Made by a program: the position numbers and the translations under genes
In this document: piece after piece, positions 48,368 to 60,183 of the stretch
Position numbering within the stretch: position 1 is the first letter of the stretch
Layout: each line of letters opens with the position of its first letter
The notes under the pieces: model-generated
Told to the model about the DNA's origin: nothing
The model's database searches: none
What the model saw: the letters and a program-made list of their open reading frames with translations, nothing else
Origin: Clostridia bacterium
GTDB taxonomy: Bacteria; Bacillota; Clostridia; UBA1212; DUPL01
Direction of reading: 5' to 3'
NCBI GenBank assembly: GCA_050951325.1
Contig: JBMNIW010000008.1
Span: forward strand, 192,001-256,000
Length of the DNA stretch: 64,000 nucleotides

Positions 48368-51019
48368 TTAACTTCTTTCTATCATAACATTGGCAATTTC
48401 ACCAGGCTTGATTTCAAAGAGGATGCTGCCACCTTCTACCCTGACATTACCAATGGAATTACCAAGAAAATCAACCTTCCTGGCATTAACAGGTGCCTTG
48501 TCAAGTTTAATGACACATGAGTTTTCTGTAGGATCCATATTATACACTCGTATCATTAACTGTTTCTTCTCACGATCCAATGTGTATATGGCAGATAAGA
48601 CAGCACCGGATATACTAAAATAGCTGTGTGAACTGTTCATTGAGCCAGTTGTGTAGCCACCAAAAGGAGTCAATGGTATTTGATAACAAAGCGCATCATT
48701 AACAACATCATTATTACCAGCTTCATTGACATAGAATTTGACGCCATACTCAAAGGTATGCTCGCCAATTTGTTTGCTGTCTTCAGTAAGCCATCTTACA
48801 CCTTTGCCGCAACTGGTTTCATCCCTGGTTGGGTTATCCGTTTTGTACACCTTGTCAACAGACCGAAGCAGTGTTAAACAAACACGGGTGCTGTTTTCAT
48901 CCCTTATGGCTTCGTACTCATGGGTGCTTCTTGAAAATACGGCTACACTCAGGTCCCCTTTGAGGTATAAAAGGTTGCGCATAGGCATTGTCATAATATT
49001 CTCGGACTTCAACTCTGATTTGTGATAAATTGGACGCTCAGTCAAATCAAAAGCCGTGTCACTGAAACCAGATTTGTATTCTTCATCAAAATCAAATACA
49101 GCCCTTATACGATGATTCCAGCCTTTGTTGTTAACTCTAGTCTTGAACATTATTGTATCAGAGTAATTATCAAGAGTAACTGTTGTTTCAAGATGCACAG
49201 GCTCATTATTCTTAATATAGCTTAAATAAATATCCATGGATGAAGAGTGCTTGCTCACCGTTGTTTTGATCTCTGCATCAAGTTTATCAGTAAACAACTT
49301 GTCACCCAAAGGATTGGTAGTATAACTGTCACCCTCATCCGTTTCATCTTCAAAGAAATGAAGATTATTAAGAGTCCTGCCCGTTCTTTTGATGGTGATA
49401 TTTATTGTACCGTTATCATTCGCTTTAACATGGTAGAACTTGTTCTCTATACTGTTTGACGGTACATTTACATATGAGTTCACACATTTCTTGCCATCAA
49501 CCAGGTAATATGCCTTATACCCACATGCAGGTATATCACTTGCATAAAACTCATACTCAATGCCGGTAAAATAATCCTTGTTGGTCATGGGTTCCAATGC
49601 TACTCTTGTTGTATCATCGTACACCTCCTGATATTCATCCTTTTTCATGGTTTCAATATCACGCCGCTTCAAAAATGTACGACGTATTATCGCATCTTTC
49701 ACAACATTATTATCCTCATCGACAAGCAATTCACCTTGAGCTTCGCACGGTACTATTAACTTGCCGCAAACCCTTTCGCTTCGCACAAATGGAAGAGGAT
49801 TATATACAATTATTGCAGAGTCTGACATCTTGGGTTTTATACTGCTCCCCAATTGATATAACTCTAGCTTTTCCACCTCTCTTGCCATTTGATAAGCGTG
49901 TATTATTCTCATTTTTACATCCTGATTCGTACTGTCCACATTACATCCGCAGATGGAATCGTGGGCATGGGAAGCTACAAGCTTTTTCCATGCATTCTCA
50001 TAAAAAGGTTTGGTATCCAGATAATCAAACAAATCCAAATGCGGATTTATCGCATGAAGAGGTTCGCATAAGTACTGTAGTTTATTCTCAACCATTCGAT
50101 TTAACATCTTGATATCGATTCTGGTGGATAACGTGTTTCCTAACGCAAAGTGACTCTTGTATTCACCTCGCTGCTCGCCATACCCCGTTTCCAGCTGTTC
50201 ACCCAGTTCTTCTACCATAGAATCAAAGAATTCTTCAAGTGTACTTTCTTTTATTTTATACTCATCTTTAAACTCTTCTTTCAGAGTTGCAATAGTTTCA
50301 GTTAGATTGTCATTTGGTTCCAAATGATCTATTCCAACTACCAACAAACGGTTTCGTCCTTTATACCTGTTATCCTGATAAGCCATAGTGGCCTTAAAGC
50401 TATTTATTACCTGCTCTTTGCTCATATCTATACGGTCATAACTTCTCCAGACAGAAGGAATAGTTATGCCAACACCTATGCTGTATGCTTCAAACAAAGC
50501 ATAAACCGAGCTTTTATCAGGAGCTTCCCATATAAATTCGGCGGTGTCTTTGCCAGAGTCTAGTCTAAGCCCCCTTGAAAACATGGCATACTTGTATCCA
50601 AACAACTTATATATTTGCGGCAGCTGAGAAACCAAGCCAAAGCTGTCCGGACTGTAACCAACTTTAAGGCATCCCCCAAACTCTTTACAAACACTATACC
50701 CAATTAGAAGATTGCGAACCAAAGATTCACCAGAAGGAATCATCATATCGGGAACGGTGTACCAGGGACCGGGTACAAGTCTGCCCTTGCTGATTAACTC
50801 TTTTAAAATGTTTTTGTCCTCTGGTTTTATTTCCAAATAGTCTTCCAACATTATGCTTTGACCATCCAGCAAATAATTAGGATAGTTGTCGTCATGCAAT
50901 AGTTTTATCACCTTTTCAATAAGACGAACCAACCTTATCTGATATCTGCGGAATGGCAAATACCATTCTCTATCCCAATGTGTACTAGGAACAATGTGTA
51001 TGATCTTTTTAGTACTCAT
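48368..51019 (-). CDS. GH38 alpha-mannosidase (MngB-like), cytoplasmic
   Basis: THWDREWY, LDGQ, GPWY, SGESLVRNL, PDSFG and HAHDSICGC motifs. Confidence 0.92.
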   Translation of the reverse strand: MSTKKIIHIVPSTHWDREWYLPFRRYQIRLVRLIEKVIKLLHDDNYPNYLLDGQSIMLEDYLEIKPEDKNILKELISKGRLVPGPWYTVPDMMIPSGESLVRNLLIGYSVCKEFGGCLKVGYSPDSFGLVSQLPQIYKLFGYKYAMFSRGLRLDSGKDTAEFIWEAPDKSSVYALFEAYSIGVGITIPSVWRSYDRIDMSKEQVINSFKATMAYQDNRYKGRNRLLVVGIDHLEPNDNLTETIATLKEEFKDEYKIKESTLEEFFDSMVEELGEQLETGYGEQRGEYKSHFALGNTLSTRIDIKMLNRMVENKLQYLCEPLHAINPHLDLFDYLDTKPFYENAWKKLVASHAHDSICGCNVDSTNQDVKMRIIHAYQMAREVEKLELYQLGSSIKPKMSDSAIIVYNPLPFVRSERVCGKLIVPCEAQGELLVDEDNNVVKDAIIRRTFLKRRDIETMKKDEYQEVYDDTTRVALEPMTNKDYFTGIEYEFYASDIPACGYKAYYLVDGKKCVNSYVNVPSNSIENKFYHVKANDNGTINITIKRTGRTLNNLHFFEDETDEGDSYTTNPLGDKLFTDKLDAEIKTTVSKHSSSMDIYLSYIKNNEPVHLETTVTLDNYSDTIMFKTRVNNKGWNHRIRAVFDFDEEYKSGFSDTAFDLTERPIYHKSELKSENIMTMPMRNLLYLKGDLSVAVFSRSTHEYEAIRDENSTRVCLTLLRSVDKVYKTDNPTRDETSCGKGVRWLTEDSKQIGEHTFEYGVKFYVNEAGNNDVVNDALCYQIPLTPFGGYTTGSMNSSHSYFSISGAVLSAIYTLDREKKQLMIRVYNMDPTENSCVIKLDKAPVNARKVDFLGNSIGNVRVEGGSILFEIKPGEIANVMIERS

Positions 51020-51266
51020 GATTCACCTTCACTGTTTTTTTGATATGTTATCATTTAGTATCATTAACGTCAATAATATGGCTTTATTTGGAGTACTAAT
51101 TATGGAAACGTTATACCTCTTTTTTAGCGACTCGTATCGCAGATCAGACAAATACTGTCATTTTATCAGCATCATATGACAAGTAATATCGAATGTTTTT
51201 TTCTTGTTGACACCAGTAATTTCCAGCGTTATTATTAGTAAAATTATATATGGGACGGTGAACATT

Positions 51267-52112
51267 TTGAAATCAAGGAAAATATGGGTTATATCCATTG
51301 TATCAATTATTTCTATAATAATAGTGCTGATTGCAGGGGCCATTATTCGCCATAATATTAAACTAAAAAAATATACTGAATACCTGAAAGATAAATATGG
51401 TGTGAGTGACAGCGAAATTCGATTCAAATCGTATAAAAAAGAACATAACGTATATGAAGGTGATTTTTATGGTCCTTATAAACGAAAAGTTCCAAGTATC
51501 ATTACATATGAAGTAAATGACAGAACTGTCAAAGTTGTAGATAATGGCACTACTATTTGCGATGACTATCAAATTAAAGATATCAGTTATATTGCAGCAG
51601 AGCATTTTTCTAAAATAACCGGTTATAACGTGGAGTTTGTTGAGTTTAAGAGTAATAGCAGATATGGTAATGGATTTAGCGATTCCTTGTCTGAATATAT
51701 GCAAACCAAGAACAATTCCGTCATTACTCTTGATAACATTGAGAATTTTCTTGTTGGCTATAAGAATTTTGATCCGAATTTATTTACCTCTATTAATTTA
51801 TTTATAAATATAGCTAGTTATGATGATCTTGACACGTTGGTTAAAGATATTGATGCAAAACTTTTTCCCTATATTAAAAGGACAGGTCTTTATAACATGG
51901 GAATTTGGCTATATCAAGGAAATGGACAGAAACTAGCAATCACAAGAAGTTCCCTTAGGAACAGCAAAATTCTACCTCATTACTTCTGCAACTATTATGT
52001 AGGCGATCTTGATAACATAATAGCTTACTTATTTTGCGGTACTAAAAAGAATTTCAGACAAGTAGGCAATTTCAGCGTAGATGAAAGAGGAATTTGGTTT
52101 TTTAGCAGATAA
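51267..52112 (+). CDS. Hypothetical AT-rich protein with N-terminal membrane anchor
   Basis: Hydrophobic N-terminus followed by YLKDKYG; start codon uncertain (TTG 51267); terminator follows. Confidence 0.65.
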   Translation: MKSRKIWVISIVSIISIIIVLIAGAIIRHNIKLKKYTEYLKDKYGVSDSEIRFKSYKKEHNVYEGDFYGPYKRKVPSIITYEVNDRTVKVVDNGTTICDDYQIKDISYIAAEHFSKITGYNVEFVEFKSNSRYGNGFSDSLSEYMQTKNNSVITLDNIENFLVGYKNFDPNLFTSINLFINIASYDDLDTLVKDIDAKLFPYIKRTGLYNMGIWLYQGNGQKLAITRSSLRNSKILPHYFCNYYVGDLDNIIAYLFCGTKKNFRQVGNFSVDERGIWFFSR

Positions 52113-52115
52113 ATC

Positions 52116-52148
52116 AAAAAATCCTGTCGATTTCTCGGCAGGATTTTT
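52116..52148. terminator. Bidirectional terminator
   Basis: AAAAAATCCTGTCGA-TTTC-TCGGCAGGATTTTT. Confidence 0.85.
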
Positions 52149-52224
52149 CATATTCTTGTTTATACTACTTCTTCCCCCTGTAGTTTAAGATCGCAATATT
52201 GAATTATTTGTACTTTTCTTCTTC

Positions 52225-52389
52225 CTATATCATTTTGTACTTAATGTATTGTCTTATCATGCAAGCAGCAAAAATAAATAATGACAATATTATGGAAGCC
52301 ACTAATCTCATTGACATCACCACATAAAATAATATAAATGAAAATAAGGCAAGAACCGCACATTCAATTATTACTCTAGTTTTATTCAT
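52225..52389 (-). CDS. 54-aa two-TM membrane protein
   Basis: GAGGAGGAG RBS; MNKTRVIIECAVLALFSFILFYVVMSMRLVASIILSLFIFAACMIRQYIKYKMI. Below the ORF-track cutoff. Confidence 0.6.
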   Translation of the reverse strand: MNKTRVIIECAVLALFSFILFYVVMSMRLVASIILSLFIFAACMIRQYIKYKMI

Positions 52390-52476
52390 AAATCTCTCCT
52401 CCTCAGCATGACAAAGTAAACGAATTAATCAAACTACAGTATAATCCATTTATAGCCAAAATACAATATCCGACCT

Positions 52477-54819
52477 TCATATCAAACTTTTCATTATCTT
52501 GCTTATTCCTCTGAAAAAACTTCCGTTTGCCATCTCAAGCAGTCCCTCAAACAGCCCGTCTTTTATACCAGCTGAGATTTGCATACTGCGAAGAGGAGCT
52601 CCTGCACTGGAGTTTATCATCATACGGAATTCAGGATTGGCATAGTCTTTTTTTCCGTTAAACTGTTTGGCGATTGTTGACTCAATTGCCCGGAACATGA
52701 TTTTCATGATCACGGAGGTTTCTTTCATTTCCATAATCGAATTATCCATTGTGTACTCCCCTTTTTTCGATACTGATAATACAATTTCATGCCCCAAAGC
52801 TTTCTCGAGGTCGCTCCGAGAGGGCTTTCCATTACAGTTCTGATACCAGCTTTCTTTCTGCCATTCAGGTACATCCACTGTTTCTCCATCAACATAGATC
52901 TCTGAAGTCAAATCAGCAACTGAAATCTTGTAATTCCCGCCAGGCACCTTCCATCCATTCTGCCAAATTGCAAACGAGCGGTCGTTCAGTACAAAAGTGA
53001 CAGTTTTACTCTCCCCTGCTTGCAGGTACAATTTATCAAAAGCTTTCAATTCTCTCACTGGTCGGTGAATGCCGTTTTGTGGAGGATGCACCCACAACAA
53101 TACCGCTTCCGCTCCTGACATTTTGCCGGTGTTTGTTATCGTAACCGAAACGGTCCTGCCAACAACCTTCAGGTCCGAATACACAAAGGAAGTGTAAGAC
53201 AAACCGTAGCCAAAGGGGAAACGAACAGGTTTGCCCGCTTTTTCATAATAGCGGTAGCCAACGTAGATACCCTCTTCATAGAGAGCGTCTTTTGTTTTGG
53301 CATAAATATTGGATGAGGCACAGTCTTCATAGCGTACAGGCCAGCTTTCTGCAAGTTTTCCCGACGGAACAGCTTTACCAAACAGCAGATTCTTCACAGC
53401 TTCGCCGCCTGCCTGCCCGGGAAGCCCCATAAACAAAATTGCTTTAACCTTGTCTGCCCAGGGACATTCCAAGGCACATCCACTGAAAAGAACAACAACC
53501 GTATTGGGATTTGCTTCTGCTACTTCATCAATCAAGCACAGTTGGCCGTCGGGCATTTTCATGCTGCTGCGGTCAAAGCCTTCTGATTCATAATTGTCGG
53601 GAAGTCCTGCAAAAATCACCACCACATCGGCATTTTTAGCGGCAGCGACCGCATCTTTAACAAGCTCATTTGTCGTAGAACCATCGTCAAGACATCCCTC
53701 ATGCCATTTAAGATTCGGCATTGCATCGCATGGTGTTGTTATTCTAAAGGGATTAATATGGCTTGAACCAGTACCCTGATAACGCATTTCCTTTGCCATT
53801 GAACCGATAAGAACAATCCTTTGCTCCTCGTTCAAAGGTAAAATAGCTAAATCGTTTTTCAGCAGGACTGCACTTTTTTCCGCTGCCTCACGCGCAATGC
53901 GGTTGTGTTCCTCCGCATTATAGGTATGAGGTGTGTTTAGAATTTGATGCGCTTCAAATACTTGCTTTAGAATTCTCTCAACAGATTTATCAATTTCCTT
54001 TTCGTCAAGCAGGCCAGCACGAACAGCCTTGATGGTGTCCTTTTCCATATAACCGCTGCCGCCAGGCATTAACAAATCGCATCCTGCACGAAAAGCTGCG
54101 ATTCTATCTGACATTCCGCCCCAGTCGGTAACAACAAATCCATCAAATCCCCATTCATTACGGAGAATATCTGTAAGCAGTTCCCGGTTGTCAGAGCAGT
54201 AAACCCCATTTATTTTGTTATACGCTGACATCACAGAGGAAGGCTTGCCTTCTTTTACCGCAATTTCAAACCCCGATAAATACATCTCCCTTAATGTGCG
54301 CTCATCAAGGATGCTGTCTGAGTTAAATCGACTTTTTTCCTGATTGTTGCAGGCAAAGTGCTTGAGACATGAAGCCACTACGACCCCTTCAAGACCTCTT
54401 ATCCACCCTGCTGCCATTTTTCCTGAGAGGTATGGATCTTCACTGAAATATTCAAAATTTCTGCCGCACAAAGGATTTCGTTTCAGATTCGCACCCGGAC
54501 CAAGAACAACTCCAACTTTCTGTGCCAAAGCCTCTACCCCAATAGCACGCCCGATGCATTCTGTCACGGCAGGGTCAAAGCTTGAGGCTGTTGTAGATGC
54601 AGAAGGAAAACAGGTCGCATGTACGGACTTGTTTATTCCGAGCATGTCTTGAGCGCTTGCACTTTCCTGTTTTCTAAGTCCGCTCGGACCGTCGGAGAGC
54701 ATCATTTCGGGAATTTCGTACTGCGACATTGCTTTTGTATGCCAGAAATCCGCACCTGAGCAAAAAGCCACTTTGTCCTCCAATGTCATCCGAGAAATAA
54801 TTTCTTTTATCTTACTCAT
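52477..54819 (-). CDS. GH3 beta-glucosidase
   Basis: SDGPSGLR, KRNPLCGRNFEYFSEDP, KHFACN, VVTDWGG, ESEGFDR and FPFGYGLSYT. Confidence 0.95.
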   Translation of the reverse strand: MSKIKEIISRMTLEDKVAFCSGADFWHTKAMSQYEIPEMMLSDGPSGLRKQESASAQDMLGINKSVHATCFPSASTTASSFDPAVTECIGRAIGVEALAQKVGVVLGPGANLKRNPLCGRNFEYFSEDPYLSGKMAAGWIRGLEGVVVASCLKHFACNNQEKSRFNSDSILDERTLREMYLSGFEIAVKEGKPSSVMSAYNKINGVYCSDNRELLTDILRNEWGFDGFVVTDWGGMSDRIAAFRAGCDLLMPGGSGYMEKDTIKAVRAGLLDEKEIDKSVERILKQVFEAHQILNTPHTYNAEEHNRIAREAAEKSAVLLKNDLAILPLNEEQRIVLIGSMAKEMRYQGTGSSHINPFRITTPCDAMPNLKWHEGCLDDGSTTNELVKDAVAAAKNADVVVIFAGLPDNYESEGFDRSSMKMPDGQLCLIDEVAEANPNTVVVLFSGCALECPWADKVKAILFMGLPGQAGGEAVKNLLFGKAVPSGKLAESWPVRYEDCASSNIYAKTKDALYEEGIYVGYRYYEKAGKPVRFPFGYGLSYTSFVYSDLKVVGRTVSVTITNTGKMSGAEAVLLWVHPPQNGIHRPVRELKAFDKLYLQAGESKTVTFVLNDRSFAIWQNGWKVPGGNYKISVADLTSEIYVDGETVDVPEWQKESWYQNCNGKPSRSDLEKALGHEIVLSVSKKGEYTMDNSIMEMKETSVIMKIMFRAIESTIAKQFNGKKDYANPEFRMMINSSAGAPLRSMQISAGIKDGLFEGLLEMANGSFFRGISKIMKSLI

Positions 54820-54820
54820 A

Positions 54821-57376
54821 TCATTCCTCATATTCCCACGTCCCCGCAGTTTGAATGTATTCTTTACCGCTTGGCAATTTCACCATTGCACGGCAGCCCG
54901 GAGGAACCGTTACAGTATAGACAGTTTTACCTTCTTTTCTCTCCCAGGAGCTTGTAATTTCTCCGTAAACGCTTTTATACGAAGCTTTTGCATATGTCAG
55001 ACTGCCTCCAGGCAAAGGTGAAACAATAAATTCATTATCGCCGGAAACTTTGATTCCGCAGACAGTGTCAAACAAGAAACGGCACACCGCTCCCTTTGAA
55101 TAGTGATTGAGAGAACCTATACCGCCCTTTTTTGATTCAGGTCCTTCCCATGCTTCCCAGACCGTGGTCGCGCCATTTTTCGGCATGAATAGCCAGCCGG
55201 GCATTTCCTCATTTTCAAGAAGTCTGTATGCGTACTTTGGATTGATATCCTTCAGTACGTCAAGTATGAAAGGCGTTGATAAAAAGCCGGTTCCGACACG
55301 CCAATCGTAATTATCAAGAGCTTTTATCAATCTTTGCTCTGCATACTTTTTCTGTTCACTGTCAAGCATGTCAAGGGCAAGCGGACGAACAAGCCGTGCC
55401 TGTCTGTCCGTATCGAGCAAGTACTTGTCAGTTTTCACAAGCGCACGGTAGGACTCTTTGCAGTTATTACTAAATTGTCTGTATTCTTCAGCTTTATCAG
55501 CCCGATCAAGTTCTTCTTCCATTTCTGCAAGAAGAGAAAGAACGTATGAGGTATATGCGGTGGCAACTTCAGGATGTGGAACCACGCAATCCTTCCACGT
55601 CATATGGTGTACATCGTCAGGCTCCGCCCATTCACCATAGCTCTGCCCTGCATTATTAAGGTACCTTTTGTCTTTTCCACACAGTCCCGTCCGCTTTGCC
55701 GTCGGATACCATTTGCCGCATCTTTTCATCTGAAATGCAGCATACTTTTCCATGCCGGATAAATATTTTTTAATGATTTTTCTGTCGTTGTATTGTTTCC
55801 ATAGAACGTAGGGAATTATTATGCCTGCATCAGCCCATCCCACAGAACCGTTCATTGCACGCATGTAAAAATCCGTACCGCCTTCGGGTGCAATTTGGGG
55901 AAGGCATCCGTTTTTCTTCTGCCAGTCGTACAAGTCATTCAAATACTTGACCGCAAAGGTATAGTAATCAAACAGATAACAAGCTGTTGAGCTGAATATC
56001 TGTGCATCTCCTGACCATCCATGCCGCTCTCTTGTCGGGCAGTCTGTTGGCAGATCGCACATATTGCTTTTTGCACTCCATACAGTATTCTCAAAGAATT
56101 TGTTAATTAGTGTGTTTGAGCAAGAAAAGGCCCCTGTTGTCTCCAAATCGGAATAAACTGCAATTGCAGTAAAATCCTCTGGATTTATTTCAATATCGCT
56201 CTCTATCTGGACATATCGGAAGCCAAATATTGAAAACTTGGGTTTATACCTATTTTCTCCATCCCGGCAGATGTATTCAGTCTGCTGAAGAGGTGTTGTA
56301 TAGTTCCTTATTGACAGCTGAAAGTTCTTTTGTGTAAACTCTCCGTCCTTGTCAATATACTCACCATAACGCAGTAAAATCTTCTGTCCTGCTTTGGCCT
56401 TTACGGAGAACTCTACATATCCTGCCATATTCTGACCAAAATCAAGAAAGGTTTTACCAAGCGGAGTTTTTATAATCTTTGCCTTGAAGTGCTCGTGCTC
56501 TGTCACAGGCACATTGTCGGAGGGGGTAGGAATTACATCATGCCTTGCTACTTTTGCATAACCTGAATAGGACGGCACCATCCTTGCGTCTACCTTTTCT
56601 CCATCCTTGTTATCTGCAAATCGTATTGGACCGTCATTACTCCAACTCCATGTATCATCCGTGCCGATAATCTCGGTGCTGCCGTCAGCTTTTTTTAGCT
56701 CAAGCTGAGCCAGTAGTTTTGTCTGCGTGCCGTACTGGTTTCTTCTACCCCAAGCACCGCAAGAGCCTCGGTACCAACCATCTGCCAGTTCCACCTCTAT
56801 CACGTTTTCACCATTTTTGACAAGGTCTGTCACATCATATGTCTGATACTGAACCCTGCGCCTGTAGTCAGTAATTCCTGGCGAAAGGACAAAATTACCG
56901 CACCTTATGCCGTTGATTCTTGCTGCGTAAAGCCCGCATGCAGTAATGTACAATCTAGCCTTTACAATATTGTTAGCTGAGAAAAACTTTTCAAAGCAGT
57001 CAACCGGATAGCGTTTTGATCTCCGAACACGATAGTTTCCTGAAATCCATCTGGCCTGCCACTCTTCGCCTACGGGCAAGCCTGTTTCAAAAAATGACTC
57101 AGAAATTTCACCTTCAAGCCCGTTTTCATCCCATACTTTCAGCATTAACCTCACCCGTGTACGCGGCGGAACTGGTTCTCCAAGCCATTTGGCGTAAAGA
57201 AGTTCACTATCTACCTTCCCACTGTCCCAAAGTATATTTGATTCTTCGTCATATGCCTGAATCCTGTATGCGGTCTGCTTTATACCATCTGAAAGATTCC
57301 AAGAAATTGCAGGGTTGGAATCGGATATCCCAATAGGTGAAAATAAATGATTTATTTTAATCCTTACAGCTTTCAT
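54821..57376 (-). CDS. GH78 alpha-L-rhamnosidase
   Basis: [49 protein letters not shown] and SLNHYSKG. Confidence 0.95.
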   Translation of the reverse strand: MKAVRIKINHLFSPIGISDSNPAISWNLSDGIKQTAYRIQAYDEESNILWDSGKVDSELLYAKWLGEPVPPRTRVRLMLKVWDENGLEGEISESFFETGLPVGEEWQARWISGNYRVRRSKRYPVDCFEKFFSANNIVKARLYITACGLYAARINGIRCGNFVLSPGITDYRRRVQYQTYDVTDLVKNGENVIEVELADGWYRGSCGAWGRRNQYGTQTKLLAQLELKKADGSTEIIGTDDTWSWSNDGPIRFADNKDGEKVDARMVPSYSGYAKVARHDVIPTPSDNVPVTEHEHFKAKIIKTPLGKTFLDFGQNMAGYVEFSVKAKAGQKILLRYGEYIDKDGEFTQKNFQLSIRNYTTPLQQTEYICRDGENRYKPKFSIFGFRYVQIESDIEINPEDFTAIAVYSDLETTGAFSCSNTLINKFFENTVWSAKSNMCDLPTDCPTRERHGWSGDAQIFSSTACYLFDYYTFAVKYLNDLYDWQKKNGCLPQIAPEGGTDFYMRAMNGSVGWADAGIIIPYVLWKQYNDRKIIKKYLSGMEKYAAFQMKRCGKWYPTAKRTGLCGKDKRYLNNAGQSYGEWAEPDDVHHMTWKDCVVPHPEVATAYTSYVLSLLAEMEEELDRADKAEEYRQFSNNCKESYRALVKTDKYLLDTDRQARLVRPLALDMLDSEQKKYAEQRLIKALDNYDWRVGTGFLSTPFILDVLKDINPKYAYRLLENEEMPGWLFMPKNGATTVWEAWEGPESKKGGIGSLNHYSKGAVCRFLFDTVCGIKVSGDNEFIVSPLPGGSLTYAKASYKSVYGEITSSWERKEGKTVYTVTVPPGCRAMVKLPSGKEYIQTAGTWEYEE

Positions 57377-58818
57377 TCTTTTGCCTCCTGTCTTGCTTTG
57401 ATTTCGGCCTGTTTCTTCTCCAGACCTTTCTCAACATTCAAAAAGATCAGAAGTATGGCAAGTATAATTCCTGTAAACACTTCAAGACCTACAAAACCAA
57501 AAGTAATGGCGCTTTTGACGGCTTCTGTCTGAGTTGCAATCAGATTGCCTGCTTCGTCATAATATGGTTGAACATATCCTGCTGCCGAAAGAAGCCCATT
57601 AAATATACCCGTGCAAATTCCAACCATGGCTACTGCAATTATATTATACACAGACATGGCCAAACCATCTGAACGAAAACCAACCTTCCACTCGAAGTTG
57701 TCAAGTACGTCGGCAAATAAAGCCATAAAGACATATGAGCAAGGAAGACCTCCAATGTTCTTGATAAACTGCCCTATCAGCATAATGACCATATTTGTCG
57801 GGAAAATCCAGCAGATAATGCCTCCTATAGAGTATAGAATGAATCCAACTAGAGTAACGTTTCGCTTTCCAAATCTCTTTGCTAGAGGCCATACTGCGAA
57901 AATGCCTATTCCCATCGGAATACCGCCGATAACTGATATCATTGTCTGTGTGATGCCGTCATTGTATGTACCGAGCACATAATTGCAGAAATATACAAGA
58001 CTGAGATTCTTAATTGACGATCCCATGGTGTAAATGAGAAAGTACAGATAGATGATAATCATGTATTTATCTGTAAAAATTGCTTTTAGCTGTTTTAAAT
58101 ACGGTATCTTAACCTCGTTTTTGAATTCAGCTTTTTCCAGGGTGACACGTTCTTTCGTAAAGAAATATTCCAACAAGGTAAGGGGCAGGGCCAAAATTGA
58201 AAGCAGTGACATCAAAAGAATCCATTTTGACTTGTCAACGCCAATCATCGGCATAATTACCATCGGGAAAATGAGAGCCACGAGAATGCCGCTCATCATT
58301 ATCGTGGTAATCTGATTGAAAACCGACAACCCTCCCCGCTGTTTTGTATCCCGTGTAGAAAGAGGAACCATAAGATTATGGCTCATGTTGAAGATCGTAT
58401 AGGCAAAGGAATAAAAGAGGTTGTATGATACGATTACCCAAATTGCCTGAACCGTTGTCGATGCCTTAGGTACTGTAAACAACAGGATACCCGCAATTGT
58501 CAAAAGTGGTGCGGATACTAAAAGCCATGGCCGCGCTTTGCCTTCTTTGGTATGAGTACGGTCAATGATATATCCCATTATAACATTGGTGATGGCATCG
58601 ATTATTTTTGAAATAATCGGAAAGATAACAAGGAACGCTCCTCCCCACAGCTTGGTCAGCCCGAGCACATCGGTATAATATACATTAAGATAGGTTGCAA
58701 GAACCGCATTGAGAAGCAATGCACCGGCAGGCCCTAGAAGATATCCGAGCCATTTTTCTTTTGCTTTTACTTCAGAATCTTTAACAAGAGATTTCGGCAA
58801 AACAAAGGATTTTCTCAT
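57373..58818 (-). CDS. MFS glycoside-pentoside-hexuronide (GPH) family sugar transporter
   Basis: Multiple TMs; [28 protein letters not shown] motif. Confidence 0.92.
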   Translation of the reverse strand: MRKSFVLPKSLVKDSEVKAKEKWLGYLLGPAGALLLNAVLATYLNVYYTDVLGLTKLWGGAFLVIFPIISKIIDAITNVIMGYIIDRTHTKEGKARPWLLVSAPLLTIAGILLFTVPKASTTVQAIWVIVSYNLFYSFAYTIFNMSHNLMVPLSTRDTKQRGGLSVFNQITTIMMSGILVALIFPMVIMPMIGVDKSKWILLMSLLSILALPLTLLEYFFTKERVTLEKAEFKNEVKIPYLKQLKAIFTDKYMIIIYLYFLIYTMGSSIKNLSLVYFCNYVLGTYNDGITQTMISVIGGIPMGIGIFAVWPLAKRFGKRNVTLVGFILYSIGGIICWIFPTNMVIMLIGQFIKNIGGLPCSYVFMALFADVLDNFEWKVGFRSDGLAMSVYNIIAVAMVGICTGIFNGLLSAAGYVQPYYDEAGNLIATQTEAVKSAITFGFVGLEVFTGIILAILLIFLNVEKGLEKKQAEIKARQEAKE

Positions 58819-58938
58819 ATATTAACCCTCCGCAATATAAACTAAGTCAATTATGTGTTTTATTATACCTTATCGTCCTCCTGATATATTGCATTATTGT
58901 CTGTTTTATTATATATTGTAAAAAAATGAGGTGACAAC

Positions 58939-60120
58939 ATGCTCCAGGACTATGAGTTTTTAGCAAAATCCCTAGCTTCATTATCAGCTTTGCCTGTCCG
59001 GTACTATGTTAAAGGAGAGTTCAGAGGGCTGTATCATCATGCAAAATTTGAGCCGGATCTGGCCATTTTGGAAGAACCTCACATATTTGCCGAAACAAAA
59101 AGCGTCAGTTATTATATGGATGAAAATCTTTTGTACTATGGACATTTCAGATCTAAAGAAGATGATGTGTCGCTCGTTATCGGGCCTGTTGCACCGATGC
59201 AGATAGATGCAAAAACCATCGCTTTGATTTTGCGGAAAATTGGAGAGCCGCTTTCCCGAGAGGATGAACTTGCCGCCTATTTTTCAACAATTCCGTCTTA
59301 TCCACTCCGTAATTTTCTGCAGATTTTATGTACTGTCAATTATTTTCTGAATCATGAAAAAACAGATGTAGAAGACCTCATTATTGGAGATGAAATCCTG
59401 GAACATATGGAAATTCCGGAAAAAGATATAAACATCACAGAGTCCGTTATCCATAATACTATGGAGTTGGAGGAAGAAATGCTTTCATATGTGGAATACG
59501 GACGTACAAACGATATGAAAAGATTTTTCCAAAGACCAGTATCAGGCCGACCTGGGAAAATGGCCCCCGATGCCATAAGGCAGCAAAAAAACCTCATTGT
59601 CTGTACCGCAACCCTTGTAACCCGTGCAGCAATCAGAGGTGGGCTGGATCCTGAAACTGCCTTCAACCTAAGTGACATGTACATACAAAAAGCGGAGCTT
59701 TTGAACAACTATGTGGCACTGACAAGACTTAATGCTCAAATGGTTATGGATTTCACCGAAAGAATCGAAAAAGTGCGCGGCGGCAAGAATGTATCCAAGC
59801 TGACTATCGATATTCGCAATTACATTCTGCAACACCTTAGCAACCCCATAACAACCAGAGATATTGCTGAATACATTGGAGCAAACCGCACATATCTGTG
59901 CAAGCTTTTCCGTGAGCAAAACGGAATTACCATCAACCGCTATATTCTGAATGTGAAAATCGAAGAAGCCAGGAGACTGCTCGTTGCAACAAACAAGTCG
60001 CTTGCAGAGATTGCCTTCTGTCTGGGTTTTTCTTCGCAAAGTCATTTCCATAACACCTTTCACCGACTATGCGGAACTACACCAAAGCAATTCAGAGACA
60101 CACATAAAAAAAGCAGGTAA
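58939..60120 (+). CDS. AraC family regulator, divergent from the rhamnosidase operon
   Basis: TRAAIRGG...AFNLSDMYIQ domain plus C-terminal LGFSSQSHF HTH. Confidence 0.92.
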   Translation: MLQDYEFLAKSLASLSALPVRYYVKGEFRGLYHHAKFEPDLAILEEPHIFAETKSVSYYMDENLLYYGHFRSKEDDVSLVIGPVAPMQIDAKTIALILRKIGEPLSREDELAAYFSTIPSYPLRNFLQILCTVNYFLNHEKTDVEDLIIGDEILEHMEIPEKDINITESVIHNTMELEEEMLSYVEYGRTNDMKRFFQRPVSGRPGKMAPDAIRQQKNLIVCTATLVTRAAIRGGLDPETAFNLSDMYIQKAELLNNYVALTRLNAQMVMDFTERIEKVRGGKNVSKLTIDIRNYILQHLSNPITTRDIAEYIGANRTYLCKLFREQNGITINRYILNVKIEEARRLLVATNKSLAEIAFCLGFSSQSHFHNTFHRLCGTTPKQFRDTHKKSR

Positions 60121-60183
60121 CAACAAGCACCAAATCTTTATAACAAAGAGTTGGCGCTTATTATCAACCCTTTAGCTGGATGC

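Noticed and set aside
51103-51116. cre/LacI-like site TGGAAACGTTATAC upstream of GH38
   Set aside because: The right arm deviates from consensus and the region is AT-rich, so the match is too weak to call.
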